The position numbers and the translations under genes were made by a program. A DNA stretch of 64,000 bases from Mustelus asterias (lineage: Eukaryota), in the NCBI RefSeq assembly GCF_964213995.1, contig NC_135830.1, positions 8,246,001-8,310,000 on the forward strand, read 5' to 3'. The notes beneath the pieces are model-generated. The model saw only the letters and a list, made by a program, of their open reading frames with translations. It was not told the DNA's origin and did no database searches. The stretch's first letter is position 1. Every line of letters begins with the position of its first letter. This document shows positions 36,140-47,582 of this stretch, in pieces.

Positions 36140-37845
36140 TACTTCATTCATTGCTCTTCCTGCCAGATGTGGGGGTTCAGGGAGCATTCTAGTGGCCCTG
36201 ACGGCTATGTCTGCGGTAAGTTTGACTAGCTACAGCTCCTCACACACAGCATGGTTCGGTTGGAGCAGCAGCTGGACACACTACGGAGCATCCAGGGAGT
36301 ATAAAGCATGATGGACACTGGCTTCAAAGAAGTAGTCACAACACTGATCCAGATAGGTCGATGGATGACCTCCAGGAGAGGCAGGCAGGAAATGCAAGAG
36401 TCTCCTGTAGCTATTCCCCTCCCATACATATATACCTTTATAGATTTTGTTGGAGGTTGGGGGCAGATAGACTCTCAGGAGGAAATACCAGCAACAACCA
36501 AGCCTGTGGCAACACAACGGGTTCTGCTGGAGAGCAAGGTCGGGCTAGGTCTTAGCGAGTGATAGTAGAAGGATTCTCGATAGTCAGGGACACAGAATGA
36601 CGTTTCTGAGGCAGCGAACGACACTCCCGGATGCAGTGTACAAGGATCCATGGCTGTCTCTGAGCAGGTACAGGGCATATGAAACGGGAGGGTAAACAGA
36701 CAGATATCATTGCCCACATTGGCGCTAACGACATAAACATGAAGAGGGAGGAGTCCTGCAAAGACGTTTCTGGGAGTTAGGTAGGAACCTACAAAGCAGG
36801 ACCACGAGGATAGTAATCTCAGGATTGCTGCCAGTGCCACGTGCTATTGAGGCTTGTCACTGGGATGTCTTCTGTTGTTTGCAGTGTATATAAATGATCT
36901 GAAGGAAAATGTGGGTGGTCTGATTAGTAAGTTTGCAGATGAAACGAAGGTTGGTGGAGTTACTGGTAGTGCTGGGGATTGTCAGAGGATACAGCAGGAT
37001 CCAGTTAGACTGGAAACTTGGGCACAGAAATGCCAGGTGGAGGTAAATCGGGACAAATGCGAGGTAATGCATTTTGGAGGATCAGATTTAGGTGTGAGTT
37101 ACACTGTAAATGGCAGAACCCTTCGGCACATGAACATACAGAGAGATCTGGGCATGTGGGTACACATCCACCAAAAAGAGGCAACACAGGTGACCAAGGT
37201 GATTAAGAAGGAATATGGCATCCTTACATTCATCGGCCGGGACATTGAGTAAAATAGTTGGAAAGTCATGTTGCAACTATATAAAACGTTTGTTCTGACG
37301 CATTTAGAGTATTGTGTGCAGTTTCCGTTGCCACAGTACCAGAATGACGTGGAATCTTTGGCGAGAGTGCAAAGAAAGTTCACCAGGACGTTGCCTGGTC
37401 TCGAGGGTGTTGGCTGTGAGGAGAGTTTGAATAATCTAGGATTATTTTCACCAGAAGGACGGAGGCTGAGGGAACTGAGAAGACCAGAGGTCTGCAAAAT
37501 TACGAGAGGCATAGACAGGATGGATAGTCAAAGGCTTTTTCCCAGGGCGCAAGTGTCATTTACAAGGGGGGCAGTGGTTCAAGGTGAGAGGGGAAAATTT
37601 TAAGGGAAATGTATAGGAGAAGTATTTCACACAGAGAGTGGAGGGTGCCTGCAACGCTCTGCCAGAGAAGGTTGTGGAAGAAGAGACATAAACAACTTTT
37701 AAGAGGCATCTGGATGGGTGCATGAAAAGGGAGGGATCTAGATCGAATAAGCATAGGAGGTTTTTTTAGTTAGGGCATTATGATGGACATGGACCTGGCG
37801 GACCGAAGGGCCTGTTTTTGTGCTGTACTTTTCCTTGTTCAATGT
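36140..37845 (+). mobile_element. CR1 LINE: ORF1 remnant joined directly to the RT 3' end
   Basis: CSSCQMW and VCGK zinc-finger-like and esterase-like (DS.VR.T, HIG.NDI, ISGLLPVP) remnants to about 36850; then INDL..KFADETK..LEYCVQF and the CR1 tail. Confidence 0.75.
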
Positions 37846-38720
37846 TTTTTGTACTAAATCAATTAAATAAAGGAAATAACTGAAACGCAAAAGGACAAAA
37901 GAGTTTCTAACATGACAGAGACAGGAGGAGCTGGTTTTGTGTTCGAGTTCAGGCTTGAATTTAGCATTTACCATTAGTGCGTCTAATTAATGTTGATGCC
38001 AATTGTTGCGGGCTTTGATATCAGTCTTTTAATTGATCACAACTTTACCCTTTGAGTCAGCCAGAAAAGTAACAGAGTTTTCTTTAAAAGATTTTAATAT
38101 AAGCTTTAGCAACGACCCTGGGAAACTACAGTTCATATCCCTGGTTAGAAAGTTAGCCAGAGATATTTCATGATACAAAGGCAACTAAAGTTTTCAAAAT
38201 CGATGACAAGTAATTAGCATAAACCAATCACAATCACTTTATGCTTACTTCATTATAACATCCAATCATCAAGAAAACTTAAGAGTACAACTCGCTTTTG
38301 TATCTGTGAATCACTCCCATTTTCCAGTAGTAGATGTCTAATTCATGTGCTTTGCCAGTCTGATGGCCTTGGTGCCTCTCTATGAAGCTGTTATAAGAAG
38401 ACTTTTGTTTTTCTTCCTTTGTGAATTTTAAACTTGTGTGACTATTAACTATTTTACCAACGCATGGTTTTGAGGGAGGGGGACAATGGAATTTGCAGCC
38501 AGCACTTTTGCTCATAAAAATAATAGAATCACCCACCTTGCCACCCACCGGCAAGAAACCAGGAGTTAATTTGTTTGTTAACCGAAGTGTGAGTAATGTG
38601 CATTGTTATAATGTAATTGATCCTCTGGAGACAATCACACAGGATAAATGAGATGCCCTTGGAGCGTGTGGCATAGCTAAGGTGAACGGGTTGGAGAGTT
38701 TTCTCCCTTTGTGAAAAACG

Positions 38721-38790
38721 ATGCATGGACCAGCGAATGGCCCTTTCTATGCCGTTTACTATCCCGTTCTCGCTGCAGTTGGCATTCCAG
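38721..38790 (+). CDS. GPR139-like GPCR gene 2, exon 1
   Basis: ATG 38721 MHGPANGPFYAVYYPVLAAVGIP, then G|gtaatt (70 nt, phase 1); joins exon 2 as GIPANLMAIVIL. Confidence 0.88.
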
Positions 38791-38961
38791 GTAATTTTTT
38801 AATTCCAAAAAGAACTTTGTTTTTGTTCGCGATGATTATATTGGTTGCATTGTGATGTCTCGACAGAATAGAATGGAGTGAATATTAATCATTCATGTAA
38901 CTTCTCATGTTCAATAAAACTTGTTCTTGTTAGAAATATCGAAATGATTTGGAGGAAAATT

Positions 38962-40710
38962 TAACTGGTTTGATTCGTAAGTTTGCAGGCGACACAAAGA
39001 TTGGTGGAATTGTGGATAGGGATGATGACTGTCAGAGGATGCATCAGGATATAGATTTGTTGGAGACCTGGGCAGAGAGATGGTAGATGGAGTTCATAGA
39101 ACATAGAACAGTACAGCACAGAACAGGCCCTTCGGCCCAAGATCAAGCTATCCCACTCCCTATCATCCTGGTGTGCTCCATGTGCCTATCCAATAACCGC
39201 TTAAATGTTCCTAAAGTGTCTGACTCCACTATCACTGCAGGCAGTCCATTCCACACCCCAACCACTCTCCGCGTAAAGAACCTACCTCTGATATCCTTCC
39301 TGTATCTCCCACCACGAACCCTATAGTTATGCCCCCTTGTAATAGCTCCATCCACCCGAGGAAATAGACTTTGAACGTTCACTCTATCTATCCCCTTCAT
39401 CATTTTATAAACCTCTATTAAGTCTCCCCTCAGCCCCCTCCGCTCCAGAGAGAACAGCCCGAGCTCCCTCAACCTTTCCTCATAAGACCTACCCTCCAAA
39501 CCAGGCAGCATTCTGGTAAATCTCCTCTGCACTCTTTCCAGCGCTTCCACATCCTTCTTATAGTGAGGTGACCAGAACTGCCCAAAATATTCCAAATGTG
39601 GTCTCACCAAGGTCCTGTACAGTTGCAGCATAACCCCATGGCTCTTAAACTCCAACCCCCTGTTAATAAAAGCTAACACACTATAGGCCTTCTTCACAGC
39701 TCTATCCACTTGAGTGGCAACCTTTAGAGATCTGGGGATATGAACTCCAAGATCTCTCTGTTCCTCCACACTCTTCGGAACCCTACCTTTGACCCTGTAA
39801 TCCACATTTAAATTAGTCCTACCAAAATGAATCACCTCACATTTATCAGGGTTAAACTCCGGAGAAATGTGAGGTAATGCAGAAAGTTCAATCCGGAGAA
39901 ATGTGAGGTAATGCATTTTGGAAGGTCTGATAAAGTTGGGAAATATACAGTAAATGGCTGATCCCTTAAGAGTATTGATAGGCAGAGTAATCTGGGTATA
40001 CAGCTACGCAGGTCACTGAAAGTGGCAACGCAGGTGGAGAAGGTAGTCAAGATGGCATATGGCATGCTTGCTTTCATCAGCCAGGGCATTCAGTTGAAAA
40101 ATTGGCAAGTCATATTGCAGTCTTATTGAATCTTAGTTAGGCCGCACTTGGGAAATAATGTTCAATTCTGTTCGCCACACTACCAGAAGGATGTGGAGTC
40201 ATTGGAGAGGGTACAGAAAAGACTTTCGAAAATGTTGCCTGGAAGGAAGGGCATTAGCTATGAGGAGAGGTTGGAGAAACTTGGTTTGTTCTCACTGCAA
40301 CGACGGAGGCTGAGGGGCGACCTGATAGTCGTCTAAAGGATTATGAGGGTCATGGACAGAGTAGATAATCAGAAGGTTCTTCCCAGGGCACAAGAGTCAA
40401 TTACTAGGAGGCATAGGTTTACGGTGTGAAGGGCAAATATTAAAGGACATTTACGAGGCAAATTCTCTACACAGAGAGTGGTGGGTGCCTGGAACTCGCT
40501 GCCAGGTGAGGTAGTGGAAACAGGTGCAACCGTGACTTTTAAGTGGCGTCTTGACAAGTACATGAATAGGATGGGAATAGAGGGATAATGTTCCCAGATT
40601 GGTCGGGTATTTTTTTCAGTTCAGTCGGGCAGCATGGCCGGTGCAGGCTTTTAGGGCCGCAGTGCCTGCTCTTGTCCTGTAATTTTCTTTGTTCTTTGTT
40701 ATTTGTTCTT
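38962..40710 (+). mobile_element. CR1 RT fragment (host) in the GPCR gene 2 intron
   Basis: KFAGDTKIGG...WAERW.MEF at 38975-39097, resuming as NPEKCEVMHFGR at about 39890; CR1 tail. Confidence 0.8.
39098..39861 (-). mobile_element. Younger CR1 inserted antisense in the host CR1
   Basis: ORF 39143..39916, EFNPDKCEVIHFGR through LLDRHM, is uninterrupted; tail TGTTCTATGTTCTATG. Confidence 0.9.
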
Positions 40711-40856
40711 AAAACGTGAAACCTTCTGGTGTAGATCTTCTGTTAAATATGAGGTTTGTGGGCTTCAATTCAAACGATAATGCCCTGACCAGGATCCGAA
40801 AAGAAAGGCCTAATGTTTGGAATCAGATTTTCAACATTTTTAACCCTCCCTTACAG

Positions 40857-41758
40857 CCAATTTGATGGCTATCGTGATCCTATCCAGAGGACGGTGTGGA
40901 CTGTCCCAGTGCATCACCTACTACCTGGTGGCAATCGCGGTGACTGATTTCCTGGTTATGATTTCTGCTGTCATCCTCAACCGGATTGGTGGCATTTACT
41001 TTCGATATAGTGTCCTCTCCACCACCCCCGGGTGCACGGTCAGCAGCGTCCTGGTATATACCACCCGTGATGGGTCCGTCTGGCTGACTGTAGCCTTCAC
41101 CATCGACCGTTTTGTGGCCATCTGCTGCCAGAGCCTGAAGACCAGATACTGCACCGAGAAAACAGCATTGCTGGTTATCGGAATAGTCTGTGCACTGAGC
41201 TGTGTCAAAAACATCCCTTTCTTCTTCACCTATCAGCCCTTGTATATCCTAGACGGGGTGCCTTGGTTCTGTGATATCAAGTCCACCTTCTACACGTTAA
41301 CCATCTGGCAGGCCTATCTCTGGCTAGACCGCATATTAACACCATTGTTTCCATTCTTCCTGATCCTGCTGCTCAACGCTCTGACTGTGAGGCACATCTT
41401 AGCAGCCAGCAGGGCCCGCAGGAGACTCCGGGGTTCCGAGAGTCGGGGAGACATGGAGATGGAAAACCGCAAGCGGTCTATTGTCCTGCTTTTCGCCATC
41501 TCCCTCAGCTTCCTCCTCCTGTGGGTCATATATGTCGGTCATTTCCTCTACGTACAGATTTCGGGTGAGCCATACTTCACCGGCCTGGATTTCAATGACC
41601 CGCAGTACATCCTTCAGGAGACGACCAACATGCTGCAACTACTTAGCTCCTGCACTAACATCTTCATTTACGCAGTGATTCAGACCAGATTCAGGGAAGA
41701 GATCAAGAACCTGTTGATGTCTCCGTTCGCCACCCTCAAAGGTTTTCTGAAACGGTGA
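40857..41758 (+). CDS. GPR139-like GPCR gene 2, exon 2
   Basis: Acceptor ccttacAG|CC at 40856. 7TM motifs: YLVAIAVTDFL, SVWLTVAFTIDRFVAICC, PFFLILLLN, CTNIFIY; AATAAA at 41874. Confidence 0.93.
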
Positions 41759-42165
41759 AAGACTATAGAAACGTTTGCTTTTCTCAGTTAAAGCCTCATT
41801 ACACATTACCTGCCACCATTGTCTGCCTTCCATCCTAATGTCTCAGTACATGCCACTTTATGTCCGTCAGCTGAATAAAAAAGTCAATGTTTGGGACCCA
41901 CTTCGAAAACCTAAGGACTATAATGCCGGCTAAGAGTTCTCTGTCAACAGAACTGAAGCAGTGCTGCATTGTTGGCGGTTTCTTGTTTGTTGGTCTGATA
42001 CATAACCCATGCAATGCGCCTGCAATCTGAATGAAATTCCAGTGACCTCAGGGTCATTTTGCCAAAGAAGAATGTCAGGAATTTATCCCAGAGCCTTGGG
42101 TTAATATTTATGCTTAATTGGCACCCCTGAACCAATCCCCTGCCCATCAATCTAACTCGTTGCAG

Positions 42166-42313
42166 AGTAAAGCAAAACAGATATCGTGGCTGGAATTTCG
42201 AAATGTGAGAGTTGAAGACACCGTTTCCTATTACGGTGAAGCTCCGTACTGGTATGATGACTGGTCTGGGACTCACAATGGAAGCAACCTGAACAGATAT
42301 CTGTGCAAAATTA
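42166..42313 (+). pseudogene. 3' stub of a NAR/NAR-TCR-like V segment with an RSS
   Basis: SKAKQISWLEFRNVRVEDTVSYYGEA resembles NAR FR3 (L.I..VRVEDT..YYCKA; GGT for TGT); then CACAATG + 24 nt + GCAAAATTA. Confidence 0.55.
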
Positions 42314-43562
42314 CAATATAAATTGTCTGGAAATGGAGAGTGAAGTGCCGTCTTAATGTTATTATCGTTTTAATCAGCTTTAATTTAATTGTAATTTTCA
42401 CAATTCAGTTATAATTGCTGGAATATAATGATAAATATCTGTTTTTTAACCAGTAATCCGTTTATGTCGTTCATTGGAAGGGAACACCCGCAATCACTGT
42501 TACCATAAAGACATTGGTTACAGAGACTCCATTGAGATTCCCCTAAGATGTTAGCAACCAGTGAACCAACACTGAACTCATGTTGGAATGTTAATAACAG
42601 TTACTGAACAATCCATTGAACTAGTGAAAGAATCAACTGTCCCTTTAAATCGCCTTGATCAACATTTCAAACAGTGCACCCCACCCGAAACCTGCTCGCC
42701 CTCTCCCCCCGCCCCCCACCGCCCCAACCACCCCCCCCCTCCCCCCCCCACTCCCACCCCGCCTCGTCCCTCTCGCTATCTTATAGATCTTTTATCCATG
42801 AGGCCTTGAATCCCTTCAACTGCACCATCCAACAATTCCAGTTAATCTTCTTGCTGCATTCTTCCTAAAGCTTTGTTTCACTGTCCTGTTTCGACGACAA
42901 ATATTTATCCGCCGTAAGATTCCGTTCCAGGATTAAATTATCTCAAACCAATTAAACAACGGGAGCTATTGAAGCATTTGATCGAGTCAAAGCTTTCTTA
43001 AGGTGTTGAATATCATCCGAATTCCGATGTTACAGTCAGATCATATTTGTTCTGACCACGGTCTGAAATGTCTTTTAAAAAATCTTAAAAATCCACTGCG
43101 GAAACTGGAAGTCTGAAATAAAGACTGAAAATGCTGGGCTGTACCAGTCGTACTGACAGCATCTGTGGAGAGAGAAAAAGAGTTAATATTTCGAGTCCTG
43201 TGGACTGATGGCTGCAACGGATACAATGGCCGATTGGCTGAAAGGCCTCTTTCCGTGCTGCAAAATCCTGTGCCTTTTATGATCCTATTTCGGAACTGCC
43301 CACCAGTTTATATTATGGAGGCCATTGTCTCTGTGTACATTAGAATCGATCTTGTCTTTGTTACAATTCGTACAGAACCTCTCTGTTTATATTCCAAAAA
43401 AAACACACACTCTTAATACGCTTGACCCTCTTTCAGTATCTACTGAACTGGACCCAGTCTTCCTTCATATCAGTGCAGGTGATGTGTCAATAATTGGTGT
43501 ACTAGGCCTTTTCTTTGTATTATTAAATTGTATTATTAAATTATTAAATTGTATTATTAAAA

Positions 43563-43972
43563 CTGCGTGGGTTTCCTCCGGGTGCTCTGGTTTCCTCCCA
43601 CAGTCCAAAGATGTGCGGGTTAGGTTGATTGGCCATGCTAAAATTGTCCCTTAGTGTCCTGGGATGCGTGGACTAGCGGGTAAAATATGTAGGGATATGG
43701 GGGTGGGATTGTTGTCGGTGCAGACTCGATGGGGCGAATGGCCTCTTTCTGTACTGTAGGGTTTCTATGATTTCTATGATTTCTATGATCATGTTAGGTG
43801 TATTAGCCATGCTAAATTGCCCCTTACTGTCGAAAGATGTGTAGGTTATATGGATTCGCTATATTAAATGCGCGTGGTTTAAGGGATATGACAAAGACGA
43901 GGGCCTAGGTGGAATGCAGAAGCATTGGGTCAGATGGTCCCTTTCTGCACTGTAGAGTTATATGGTTCTATG
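43563..43972 (+). mobile_element. Two tandem HE1 SINE 3' halves
   Basis: CTGCGTGGGTTTCCTCCGGGTGCTC...(TTTCTATGA)n followed by a second tail. Confidence 0.82.
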
Positions 43973-46604
43973 TCCATGAAATATTTCATCATTTCCCGCG
44001 TCAGATATTTGAGCGCTTACTTACTTTTCAATAACCCTCAATGGAGAAAATGACCTTTGTTGTAGCAATTTCCATTCAGTTGTCCCAGTGATAGCCTTCA
44101 ATCCATTTCTGCCTTCTGTGAGTGTACAAAAACTCCAATCACTCCATGCATTTGAATTGAAGATTATTTAAAAATGTAATTATTTATTGATAACCGTTCT
44201 GTTGTGCGTTGTTGCTTTTGGAGTGATTTCAGATAGTCTATTTCGTTCCCAGCATCGACTCTCATGTCTTTCGAGCTCAGTTGGAAAATTGATTAAATCA
44301 CGTCGTGAATGAGGAGCGGATTACTGACAAATGATTAACTCAACCTCTCACAGAAAGGCCTCACACAAAATTCGAACGCGCAAATGATGGCAAAAACGTT
44401 CCTGGGCTGTACTTGACAGGAGATAAAGACTCTCGGAATTCTCAGACATCTTATTGCTATTGATGCAAAGGATGGAAACCTTTGCTTCTCGCCAGAGAAT
44501 GTGCAATATTTCTGTTTCTACAAATTTGAACGTTACCTTTCCAAATCACACAGTAATCGCCCGAAATATTTTAGACTGATTGAACTCCCTGCAGATTGTA
44601 CAATCTAGAAAAATTGATTTAAAAAATGAATGAGGATTACATGTAGCATAAAGAGAGACCAGACCTTGTGTAATGTACAAAGTAGTAGGGGCTGGTGTAT
44701 ATGGGCTGCAGAGATTCAAGGCGGCAGCTCATCACCACTTTATATGGGTCAATAAGAGCAGGCAACCAATTCTGACCTAACCAGCGACGTCCACATGCTA
44801 TAAATTATGAATAAAGACAGATATGCCAGTGCAATGGTAACATAAACTCTTCATGGGAGTAATATAAACCAATATTTGGGCTGCATGGAATAAGAGAGAC
44901 TGGACCTGCTATAACTTTAGAATAAACAGAAAAGTTATTTGTGTGATCAGTAAAGAAAAGTACTTTGTCTAATAATAACTAGGAGGAGTCAAATGTACCA
45001 AACCAGAGATAGGTCCTTATTCTGAATTGATTGTGAAACTGTTTGCAGAAGTAATCGTAGAAAGTTAGAGTGCTAGAATTTGAATAACCGGCTCAAGTCT
45101 ATCAATAACAGAGACTGTCGGGCCTGTGGACAGACTTGACGCTGATATAAGGAAACAGTGATTCTTATGGCCTTAACGCAGGTTTCTGTGTCATTGTGAG
45201 TGACATAGCGATTTGTGTGGTAAATACGGAGAGAAATGTCACGCCAAACGCAGGAGTGACTAACTCCAATCTGACTGAGGGTTAATATTCCCAAGGCGTA
45301 CCCCAGAGATTTTTGATATCTGAGGCGACAATGCTGCATCTGTCAGAGGAACAGAAAATCACCTGTTCCTTCTCATTCTTACCAATAGTTCCCCACTTAC
45401 ACAGACAGACAAATGTCCGATCCGGCATCTTGCAGAAAACAAGGTTTAAATCTTCAGCTTAGCACATGCGATGACTAAAATTTGAAATTTCAAAACCTCA
45501 TCGGAGGAAAAACTGTGCATCAAATATGAAGGGTAATTGTGCTTTTTCTAAACAACTTATATCGTGTGTTATTCTGTTGAAAGCGATGATTTGTAAAGTG
45601 TAATGAATATCGGAATTGTTCCTGGCAATTATCAACACACTCAAGTTCTGTTAAAAGACAGGATTGGCACAAGACGACAGCTATATAAATATTCTCTTCT
45701 ATTAAGTCTCAGTAAAGGACGGAGATGGATAGAGAAAGGATGTTAAAATAATGGAAGGTAACTTATGCTATCATTTCCCGGCTTCAGAGAACAGAGGGAG
45801 CTCAGTGACTGATCCACTGACCATTCACTTATCTCCTGCAATGGAAGCGCTAAATAGATCATAACAGCCTCATTTGTAATTGTCACAGCAAGGTGACTAC
45901 TGTGACTCTGCCCTAACGCAGTGGACAGATATCGGCTGTCTTGACAGATCTTCTCATCAGATTGTGGCCCCTGGATTTATTTTCTGCTCAGAAGTGAGAT
46001 GTGCGGTTTGGAACCGGCAGCAGAGAAACACCAAGTTGTTCAAAACAGCCGGAGTCAGTTTGATGTTATCTCCATGAACATTCTTCCTGCCTGTGAAGGT
46101 GAACTCACTCTGAGAGCACCAAGAAAAAACAGAGAGATTACTGCCGCTCTCAGCATTACATTTACACCCATTCCAATTTTAAAGAATAAAACCAATGACA
46201 ATATTTGGGTTTTAACACATTAACTGAAGGGGACTTGGAGAAAAAAAAGGAAAATTCAAGTAATAATTTTGCTCACAGAGTTATTCTAGAACAGAAAAAT
46301 GTAGATGTGTTAGGTGTTGTGTGGGGGTAAGTGAGGGGACAGGTAATGCGAGTGAAATAGTCTGTTTCTCTCACTGAATTTCCTCTGATGAGAATTTTGT
46401 GATTCATCTTTTCAGTTAGAAGGTACCTGAAGCAAAAACTTAAGCATTGTTTACTACTAGCTGACAGGTCCGGCAGGTACCTGTTTTTGTCAGTTGATGG
46501 ATTGAGAGAGAGGGAGAAGAGAGGTTATCTGATTTAGGTACAGTCTGAGACAGAGAAAGGAGAATACAAGCACAGTCAGTCATTTGAAAGATGCATTGCC
46601 TTAT

Positions 46605-46880
46605 CAGCGGAAGGCACAGTGGTTAGCACTGCTGCCTCAAAGTGCCAGGGACCCGGGTTTGATTCCTGTCTTGGGTCACTGTCTGTGTGGAGTTCGCACG
46701 TTCTCCGCGTGTCTGCATGGGTTTCCTCCGGGTACTCCGGTTTCCTCCCAGAATCTGAAAGACGTGCTGGTTAGGCACATTGGTCCGAGCAGGCGCCGGA
46801 GTTTGGCGAGTACGGCAATTTCACAGTAACTTCATTGCAGTGCTAATGCAAGCCTTACTTGTGAATAATAAAAATAAAAT
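46605..46880 (+). mobile_element. HE1-like SINE (variant tail); further copies at about 47085-47280 and 48252-48535
   Basis: GGCACAGTGGTTAGCACTGCTGCCTCA...CACAGTAACTTCATTGCAGTG. Confidence 0.82.
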
Positions 46881-47546
46881 AAACATCTCTTTTAGGAGCG
46901 TCCAGGGCAATTCATTACCTTTAGGTATTGACTGAGGCATAGGATCTATAAGTGAATACTCAATAAATTATCATAACATGCTTAAAGACAATTACAGTTA
47001 ATTGCAGCTCACTTTTGTAAACAATGAAAAAATATATGTTTCAGATGCAGCCACATCCACACTAACACATACAAGTGCACTCACAGGGGTGGTATGGTTA
47101 CAAAATGGCTAACACTGCTCTCTTACGACTAACCCAGGTTCAATGTTGGCCTTGGGGGTCTGTCTGTGTGAGGTTGCACGTTCTGCCACTTGGGTTTCTT
47201 TCTCGGTGCTTCGTTTCCTCCCACAGCCCAAAGATGTGCATCTTCGGTGGATTGGTCATGCTAAATTAACCTTTAGTGTCTATTTGCATTGCAACATTGA
47301 GACGTTTATTCAGTTCCTAAGTCTCTTTTGAATCACATCATGTTACACGATTCACCCCAAGCTTCCAAACAAATATTACACACAATACGAGAGTGATTAG
47401 ATATCGTGCACAACAGCTAATAGTTATTAAGAAGACGAAACGTATTTTTCCAACCAAAGGCGATTGACAGCTTTCACCCATACGCATATATAATATTTTT
47501 AAAAAGTTAATATCCATCTCGTCAACTAGTTATCTTTCTCTCCCTT

Positions 47547-47582
<36 letters not shown>

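Noticed and set aside
44084-44134. CCCAGTG ... ACAAAAACT RSS-like pair
   Set aside because: Spacer is 35 nt, not 12 or 23
45181-45268. D-like arrangement (GGTTTCTGT-23-TTGTGTG ... CACGCCA-12-ACTAACTCC)
   Set aside because: Both heptamers are poor and no adjacent V or J was found; cannot be distinguished from chance without RSS scoring
46007-46035. FGTGS J-like motif
   Set aside because: No convincing 12-RSS upstream, no L.V ending and no splice donor
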